Source: the human T2T-CHM13v2.0 reference genome, Homo sapiens
DNA: 64,000 nucleotides
NCBI RefSeq assembly: GCF_009914755.1
Contig: NC_060932.1
Strand: one strand, 5' to 3'
The translations under genes were made by a program, and so were the position numbers. Position 1 is the stretch's first letter, and each line of letters begins with the position of its first letter. The notes under the pieces were generated by a model. The model was not told where the DNA came from. It ran no database searches and saw only the letters and a list, made by a program, of their open reading frames with translations. Shown here one piece after another: positions 54,860-64,000 of the stretch.

Positions 54860-54954
54860 CCAGTGTAGTGGGCGTCTCCAGCGTAGTGGGCGTCTCCAGT
54901 GTAGTGGGCATCTCCAGTGTAGTAGACCTCTCCAGTGTACCAGGCCTCTCCAGC
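54860..54954. repeat. 18-bp minisatellite, about 5 copies
   Basis: ccagtgtagtgggcgtct units starting at 54860, 54878, 54896, 54914 and 54932. Confidence 0.93.
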
Positions 54955-55003
54955 CCACACTCTCTGAGATGTAAGATCACGTAGTTCTCAAGTATTTATT
55001 GGC

Positions 55004-55240
55004 TTGTATTTTTCTCTTTGTGAAGTGAATTCCAATCTAGTAGCTGCAGCTATGTACGAATAAAGAAGGGTTTATTTTTCTGTCCGTACATACTTCTGGC
55101 TTTTCTCACCCTCTGCTAAACATTATCCTTTAATAGACAAGTAGATTTTTTTGTATTTTTCTCTTTGTGAATTGAATTCCAATCTGGTAGCTGCCGCTAT
55201 GTACAAATAAAGGAAGGTTTATTTTTCTGTCCATACATAC
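55004..55240. repeat. 90-bp direct repeat x2, each with AATAAA
   Basis: 55004-55093 and 55151-55240 align closely; AATAAA at 55059 and 55206. Confidence 0.9.
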
Positions 55241-55341
55241 ACACGTAAACCTACAGAACACACAGTCCAGGGCATTGCGTTTCCTGCCTCATCCAGGTCC
55301 AGGCTATTTGCTTATTCTCTAACCAGAAACAAATCATATAC

Positions 55342-55641
<300 letters not shown>

Positions 55642-56116
55642 GAAATCACCTATTTTCTGTGGAATGCATTTACTTCATGTATAAAACAGAGTCATAGCCT
55701 CCACCTTGCTTACCCCACATGCTGGTTAAAGGAGGAAACACAGAGAGCGCAAATGCCCTGTGGCAGGCGTAGGCTTCTTAAGTGTGGCAGATTGACGGTA
55801 TCCATGGATGTGTCCTCATCATCCCTGCCCCTTCGACAAAGCACATTGTGTCTTTTGGAGACTTTTTTTCCTCCCGTTCATTTCCATTATAACAAATGCT
55901 TCTCTGGACAATGTTTCATTCTCAAAATATCGCAATATTGAAAAACTAGGAATATATCAAACCATTTTAAAGCACCAAATCGAAAAAGAAGTTATTTTGT
56001 TTAAATAAATTAAATTATGAAAAGACAATACTCAAAAAAAAATCAATTAAATTTATTCAAACTGGAATATCAACTGCTTTGTAAGGTAGGGTCCCTGAGC
56101 GTCTTAGAGTAATTTG

Positions 56117-56270
56117 AGCCGGGCGTGGTGGCCCATGCCTGTTGTCTTAGCTACGTGGGAGCTTGGCTTGAGCCCATAAGTTCAAGGCTGCGGTGAGCAA
56201 CGATCCCACCACTGTACTCCAGCCTAGGCAACAGAGCAAGACCCCATCTCTAAAAAGAAAAAAAAAAGAA
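56117..56270 (+). mobile_element. Alu monomer (FRAM-like)
   Basis: Single right-arm-like unit with A tail. Confidence 0.8.
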
Positions 56271-58075
56271 TCATTTTTCAGTGCCTTTATATTGTTTCTG
56301 TATCTTAACAGTCTTGTTTTGCAGATGTCGTAAACTCACAGGGGGTGGAGAACCAGGAGTTTTTTAGCCACTAGGAACCTCTCTGAGAAGTTTCTTTTCT
56401 TTTCCTTTCTTTATTATTATTAGTATTCTGTGGCCAGAGGAGGGAAAGGAAGGTGGGTACTGAAACGACAGCTCTTCCCCTGGGACTGCAGCATCCGAGC
56501 ACCACAGTCCACCCGCCAGCCTTTGTTCCTGCACAGTCTGCCTCTCAAGACCAACAACTCCATATCTATGACGATAAAAATTGTTAGTGATTATTTTACT
56601 TGTAAGAATTTCTTTCGACCTCAGCTCTGAGGTGACCCTCAGCTCGCCCGCCACCCCAGCTGCCCCACCTTGCTGGCATAGAACAGGGAGTGGAGGTGTG
56701 AAGTCACTCAACAGGGCTCAGTATACAAAATGTAAGCCACGCCTCACTCACTTGCTCCCTGGAGAATTTCATCTGCGCCGCGTTGCCTAATAACGGGGTT
56801 ATCGGAAAGGGCATGATTACGTTCCCTCTTCATTCCCTGGAGTCTTTTTTCCCTGAAACTGTATTGTACTTGGGCCAAGATTCTTGATGAATCATTCAAC
56901 CAGAAGGAGAAATGGGGTTGTTGTTTGGTTTTTTTGTTTTGTTTTTTTTTTTTTTTTTGCGTTTTGAGAGAGCACACTTGTGGGTGGTTGAACATGGATA
57001 AAAATAAACGGGAAAACAAAAATCAAATTCCCGGCCCTAGGAAATAAAATGTTACCTTTACCTGATATTGATAATACATATTATATTTGAAAGCATTTGC
57101 TAATGGTTGCATTTTCCCCCCAACACTCCCATGACATATAATTCCCATTTTATAAGTCACGAAACGAAGACCCTGGGGTCTGAAGGAACTTGGCTGGGGT
57201 GAGGATCACAAGCCCTTGGGTGGAGCTCTGAGCCCTGGCGCGGTCCTCAAGGGTCTGCGACATTTGTGCTGTGGTCAGCTCTGTGCACTCTTCCCTCCCT
57301 GCTGCTGTTATCACGAAAGGCTGGCTTGGCCTTTCTCATAGGCGTATTTCCACTCTCAGGCGCCCTTTTATTGTCTGGGCTCCATTCAAGTGATAAGACA
57401 TACATTTATGCTATTGTGGGAACATAATGTAATATTCTCAACAGCATTGCCAAAAAAAAAAAAAAGTTTAGCCTCCGCCTGATTTTCTTATAACTTATAA
57501 AGAAAATTTGGTTTGAACATGTCCCATGTCGATGTTTTCAGGAAAAAGATCCGATAGCATGCAGGCCTTCTCATGCTGGCCTGGCTCATTCATCGTTTCC
57601 CCTAATGACTGACTGACCAGAAAAATGCACGACGCTCCCATGGGGCCACTCGGGAGGCCTCAGGCCTTCGGGCTTCCTGATTCAGTAGATATGTGAGGCT
57701 TGATCAGTCACCGCAGTCCACATCTCCATTGCCTCGATAAGGAACCAGTCGCAGAGAGGGGAGGCCATCTGCAGAAGCTGTGGAGAGTGGCAGAGAGGAG
57801 AGTGAGGACGGGGACTGCCCCCTTCCAGCCCCTCTCCTCCAAGGACGGCCTCATTTTATCCCCACCCAGGTTTCCACACCCAGGAGCTCAGCAACCGCTC
57901 AGAAAATGTTTGTGGAATTCAAAGACACAATTCAGACAATATGAAGAATTATTTTTCCTTTGAGTTGTTCTTAAAACAGACGAAATCTACCAGCATATAA
58001 ATGAATGAGAACTAAAACTGGTGGGATTTGGTAATGTCGACATCTGAGATGTTTAGGCTTTTAAATATATATCTC

Positions 58076-58396
58076 AGCCAGGTGCGGTGGCCCATGCCTA
58101 TAATCCCAGCACTTTAGGAGGCCGAGGCGGGTGGGTCGTTTGAGCCCAGCAGCTCGAGTCCAGCCTGGGCAACATGGTAGAATCTCGTCTGTACAAAAAA
58201 GTACAATAATTAGCGGGCATGGTGGTGCAAGCCTATAGTTCCAGCTACATGAGAGGCTAAGGTGGGAGGATCACCTGAGCTCAGGGAGGTCAGTGCTGCA
58301 GTGAGCTGTGATCATGCCATTGCACTCCAGCCTGTGCGACAGAGTGAGAACCTGTCTAAAAATATATATGTGTTTATATATATATATTTATATAAA
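58076..58396 (+). mobile_element. AluJ with (TA)n tail
   Basis: Alu dimer. Confidence 0.9.
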
Positions 58397-58655
58397 CATT
58401 AGTGGGTTTTAAAAAAAATTAACTAACTGCTAGCTCCTAAAACAGTATTTTGCCATTAGCTTTGGAAAGGTTTGCTCAGAAAATGAATTTCTAAGCACTC
58501 CCTTCATTGCATTTATTGGTCAAACTAATGGTCCTGGATGGTTATCTTTGAAACTTCCTAACCTGTTGGGTCCCCGTCGTTAAACTTATGCCAACAGAAC
58601 TAAACTCACTGGATGTGAATTGCATCAGAGATGTAAACATTTAAAAGCGTATTAA

Positions 58656-58961
58656 GGCTGGGCGCAGTGGCTCACTCCCGTCATCCCAGCACTTTGGGAG
58701 GCCGAAGCGGGCGGATCATGAGGTCAGGAGATCGAGACCATCCTGGCTAACACAGTGAAACCCCGTCTCTATTAAAAATACAGAAAAATTAGCCGGTCGT
58801 GGTGGCAGGTGCCTGTAGTCCCAGCTACTCAGGAGGCTGAGGCAGGAGAATGCATGAACCCGGGAGGCAGAGCTTGCAGTGAGCCGAGATCACGCCACTG
58901 CACTCCAGCCTGGGCAACAGAGTAAGACTCTGTCTCAAAAAAAAAAAAAAAAAAAAAAAAA
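58656..58961 (+). mobile_element. AluY
   Basis: gagatcgagaccatcctggctaacac and gagcttgcagtg diagnostics; long A tail. Confidence 0.95.
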
Positions 58962-59475
58962 CATTAAAAGCAGACCAAAAAAATCCTAGAATACAGGAGT
59001 CAGCTGTCTATTCAATTCAGAATAAGAAATATTGTAGACAAGGCAACATTTTATGTGTATTAGAAATGTGGTGGTTGGTTTGAGAAGTGAAACCAGCCAT
59101 GTATATGCTGCTCCAAGCATTTTGGTTGTGGCAGGAAACTTTGAAGACTATTTTGCTGTACAAATTCACAAAGCCCCCTGCAAACACTCCCGTGCTTGGG
59201 GTGAATGCCCAAGTGTGTCACAGCTGCCTTGCAGCTCTGAGGATCAGAAAGGTTAATGGACATAAAAGAAACTTCAAAGCTCAACCTCCTAATGGGAAGC
59301 TGCCCTTGGTTTTAGGCTGTCTTTGCTTACTGACCGACTTAATTCATGCTTTGGGTTATGACTGTAGGAGAGATTTTCCTGTGTCTTTGGAGTATGCTGA
59401 ACTTGTGTTTCTTTTTGTTGTTGCATATTAGACAGTCAGTGTTGAAACTAAAGTGACCTAAAGTGACAGAGCTCA

Positions 59476-60188
59476 TGTTATGGGCTGAATTTTGTCTCCC
59501 CAGAATTCATAGGTTGAAGCCTTCCCAGTCCTTAGAACATGATTGTATCTGGAGCTAGGGCCTTTAAAGACATAAATAAGGTAACATGAGGTCATAAGGG
59601 CAAGGCCCTAATCCAATATGACTGGTGTCCTTATACGAAGAGGAAGAGGCCAGGCGTGGTGGCTTACGCCTATAATCCCAGCACTTTGGGAGGCCAGGGC
59701 CGGCAGATCACTTGAGGTCAGGAGTTTGGGACCAGTGTGTCCAACATGGTGAAACCCCGTCTCTACTAAAAATGCAAAATTAGCTGGGCATGGTTGTGGG
59801 CACCTGCAATCCCAGCTACTTGGGAGGCTGAGGCAGGAGAATCCCTTGAACACAAGAGGCGGAGGCTGCAGTTAGTCGTGATCCCACCACTGCACTCCAA
59901 CCTGTGCAACAGAGCAAAACCCCATCTCAAAAAAATAAAAATAAAATAAAGGAAGACAAAGAAACACCAAAGATATTTTTGCACAGAGAAGAGTCCAAGT
60001 GAGGACTCAGGGAGAAGGTGGCCATCTGCAACCCGAGCAGTCTCCCAGGAAGCCTCAGGAGAAACTAACCCCTGTGACACCTTGGTCTTGGACTTCCTGC
60101 CCTCCAGAACTGTGAAAAAATACATGTCTGCTGTTTAAGCCACCCACCCTGTGGCATTTTGTTATGGTAGCCTGAGCAAACTAGTTCA
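59476..60188 (+). mobile_element. MLT1B-like solo LTR interrupted by an Alu
   Basis: TGttatgggctgaattttgtctcccc...gcaaactagttCA. Confidence 0.85.
59648..59950 (+). mobile_element. AluS
   Basis: Alu dimer; TSD-like aggaaga. Confidence 0.93.
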
Positions 60189-60961
60189 GCCCAAAATGAA
60201 TTCTGATATCACCTGCAGAAATCTGCTTTTAGACAGCAGGAAACTGAGGGCCTCTGAGTTTCTAGGCCAGAGTCATGCAGTGAATTACTGAAAGACCCAG
60301 AACCCCAGTCCTGGCCCCTGATTTTCAGTTTAGAATCTTCCTTGGTAAGAAGCAGGATCTTAGGCTGGGCCCAGCAAGTGGAAAACTCTTTTTTGTTTAC
60401 ACAGCCACTGACTGTTGTGGTCTCAGACTGTACCACAGAACCTGGTGTTCCACAAACTTCCCCAGTTTGGAGCAAGAGAAAAAAGTAGTTGGATGAAATG
60501 ATCTCATTTTATTTTTTAGTCAATTTTTCTTAAATGTTGGTGCTTGAAAACAAATGGATGGCAGTAAAGTAATCCTGAAGAACACAGGAGGAAAGAAATA
60601 AAAGAGGCAATACCAAATGTTAGCAAAATGGCAGCAAGGCAAATAAGAGGCTCAGCAATAGCAAAAAACTGACTTCTTTGGCTGGGAAAAACTTATAAAT
60701 ATTAAAAATCCTGACAATGTTGAAAAAGAAAGGCAGAGATAGGGTTCCAGGAGAAATACTAAGAATGAAATTGGAGCTGTCACTGCAGTTATCGTAAGGA
60801 TATTTTAAAATCATAAGAGAGCATGATGAACAATACCAATAAATTTGAAAACAGGTAAGATGGATGATTTTTAGAAAAATGTTACCAAAATTGATTCAAG
60901 AAATAGAAAATCTAAACAAGCTCAAGCGTTAAAAAAATTAAATAGGTAAAATATGTACATC

Positions 60962-61278
<317 letters not shown>

Positions 61279-61769
61279 TCAACAAAAAAAAGAAAATTTT
61301 AAAAAGTAACAATTTGAAAAAGTCAAATAGGCAATCAAAAGTATTCCTTTCACCAGCCACTAAAAAGGCACCTGTACATGGGAATGGTAGCAAAATGACA
61401 GAAGAGGAAACTCTAACCTCTCATCCAACACAGAAACCGCTAAAATCAGGCAGAAGCTGTCTGCAGAGATGTTGCAGGTGCTCTAAAAGGTGCTCTAAAC
61501 AACCACCAAATGCATACGGCAACCAGGCAAATGCCTGATAGAGGAAAGCCATCTTCAAGCCCGCAGGAAAGTTTTGTGGCACATGGTGGCAACCCAGTTC
61601 CCAGTTCCCAGTTCCCTTCCTCAAGCTGCAGGGAGCAGACCAGACATGATCTGTTCTAGTCTAGCTGATTCATACCTGAAGGATTGATCCTCATCTCCAT
61701 CTCACATAACATGCAAGGTGGGCAAGAGAAAGAGGTGGGCACAGCTCATGAAAGCCACAGAGAGGCAAT

Positions 61770-62820
61770 TAAGGTAAAAATAGATAAATTGCACTATATA
61801 CAAATTAAAGACTTCAGTGCATCAAAGGATACAGTCAACAGAGTGAAAAGCAATCTATGGAGTAGGAGAAAATATTTGCAAATAACGGGTTAATCTTCAC
61901 AATATATAAAGAACTCCTGCAACTCAACAACAAAAAAAAAACCCCAGTTTCAAACTGAGCAAAGAACTTGAATAAACATTTCTTCAAAAAAGATGATATA
62001 AATGTCCAATAGGCAAATGAAAAGATGCTTAACATTACTAATCATTAGGAAGATGCAAATCAAAACCACAATGAGATAGCACCTCAGCACCTCACACCCA
62101 TTATGATTGCTACTATAAAAAAAAAAAAAACCCAGAAAATAACAAGTGTTAGTAAGGATGTGGAAAATTGGAACCTTGTGTCTGCCTCATGTAATGTTGG
62201 GAATGTAAGATATTGTAGCCACGATAGAAAACAGTGTGGCAGTTCATCAAAAAATGAAAAGTAGAATTACTGTATGATCCAACAATTCCTCTTCTGGGTA
62301 TATGCCAAAAAAATTGAAAGCAGGATCTCAAAAGAATAATTGTACATCCACATTTATAGCAGCATTGTTCACAATAGCCAAAAGGCAGAAGCCCAAGTGT
62401 TCATCAGTGGATGCATAAGAAACAAAATGTGGTCTATCCATACAGTGGAATATTATTCACCCTTAAAAAGGAAGGAGATTCTGATACATGTAACACTGTG
62501 GATGAACTTTGAAAACATCATGTTAAGTGAAATAAGCCAGAAACCAAAGGACAAATATCATACGACTACACTTATAAGAGGAACTTAGAATAGACAAAGT
62601 CACAGAGACAAACTATAGTTGAATTACCAAGGGTGGAGTAGGCAGGAAGGGAGTGGAGAATTATTGTTTAATGGCTACAGAGACTCAGTTTTGGATAATG
62701 AGAACATTCTAGAAATTAATAGTAGTGATGGCTGCACAGCATTGCGAATGTACTTCATGCCACTGAAGTGGACACTTAAAAATAGCTAATATGGTAAATT
62801 TTATGTTATGTCTATCAAAC
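61770..62820 (+). mobile_element. L1MB-like 3' end (ORF2 tail and 3' UTR)
   Basis: atgcaaatcaaaaccacaatgagata, ttatagcagcattgttcacaatagccaaaagg, gatggctgcacagcattgcgaatgtactt...ggtaaattttatgttatg. Further degraded L1 ORF2 sequence at about 60570-60960 and 62830-63890. Confidence 0.85.
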
Positions 62821-62989
62821 TTTTAAAGGCACCCTCCACAGATAGTTTTAGTAGTAAGTTTTACCAAACATTATAAAGTTTTACAGGAAAAAAAAAGAAA
62901 TCTATTCACCTCATTTTACAAGGCTACATTGATCTTGACCTAATACTGGTTTAAAAAACTCATTTGTAAACAAGTACATAAAAATCTGA

Positions 62990-63293
<304 letters not shown>

Positions 63294-63912
63294 TCAGAAA
63301 TAAGATATTTCATCAAGTCAAATTTGGTAGTGTGTTTTTAAAACACACACACACATAACCAAGTGTGGTTTAACCTAAGAATGAAAGGATAAATGAATAG
63401 CATTAAGTCTTCTTTTTTCTAATCCATTAATTTTCTTAGTAGTGTTAAAAAGCAGTAGGGAAGATTCAATGCCGAGTAATGATTTAAAAAAAAAAAAAAC
63501 TCTTCAGAAACCAGGAATAGATAACTTTCTTAACTATGGAGGTTATCTATAAAAAACGTACAACAAATATTGAATGGTGAAAACCTTAGTTTAAGGCTTA
63601 AATCATGTACAAGACACACATGAATGCTATTACTCTTCAACAGTGTTCTATGATTCCTAGTCAAGGGAATAAAATAAAAAAAAATTACAAGAATTATACA
63701 GGAAGGGACACATTTTGTTTGCATGTCATACAGTTGTCTACATAGAAACATCAAAGAGAGTCAATAAACTGTTACAACTCATTCAGCAAAATTCCTCTTT
63801 GTAAGATCCACTCACTGAAATCTTTAGCATTTGTATACCCAATGATAAACAATTATAAAATGTAACAGAAAACATAGTAAATAATAGTGGATTCAAGGCT
63901 AGCCATGTAATA

Positions 63913-64000
63913 CAGGTTGAACATTCCTAATTTTAATCTGAAATGCTCCGATATCTTAAACTTTTTGAGTGCCAATCTGTCAACACAAGTGGAAAATTCC
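63913..64000 (+). mobile_element. Tigger4 (Zombi)-like fossil, cut by the window end
   Basis: TA-caggttgaacattcctaat...gaaatgctcc...aactttttgagtgcc...caagtggaaaattcc. Confidence 0.75.

Noticed and set aside
53919-54984. Overlapping 239- and 232-aa ORFs
   Set aside because: They run through a poly-A tract and the 18-bp minisatellite, have non-ATG starts, and show no protein-like features.

Overview
Human (or very close primate) genomic DNA from the MCPH1 (microcephalin/BRIT1) locus at 8p23, with MCPH1 on the + strand. The only coding sequence I can support is one 238-nt internal exon (51919-52156, canonical exon 13) encoding most of the third, C-terminal BRCT domain. Positions 1-51918 are the distal part of intron 12, which from recalled annotation hosts ANGPT2 on the opposite strand just left of this window; no ANGPT2 coding exon appears in the ORF track. 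Positions 52157-64000 are intron 13. The rest is typical primate intron: about 23 Alus, MaLR/ERV1 solo LTRs, L1/L2/MIR remnants, DNA-transposon fossils and micro/minisatellites. I found no evidence of a new protein-coding or defence-like system. The best leads are regulatory and splicing hypotheses: a TEAD/AP-1/FOX:ETS/HRE enhancer candidate near 29.5-30.2 kb, cryptic exons and duplicated poly(A) signals after exon 13 that would change the BRCT3 tail, and a sense-strand LTR cluster followed by strong splice donors. Repeat subfamilies and boundaries were read by eye and are approximate.
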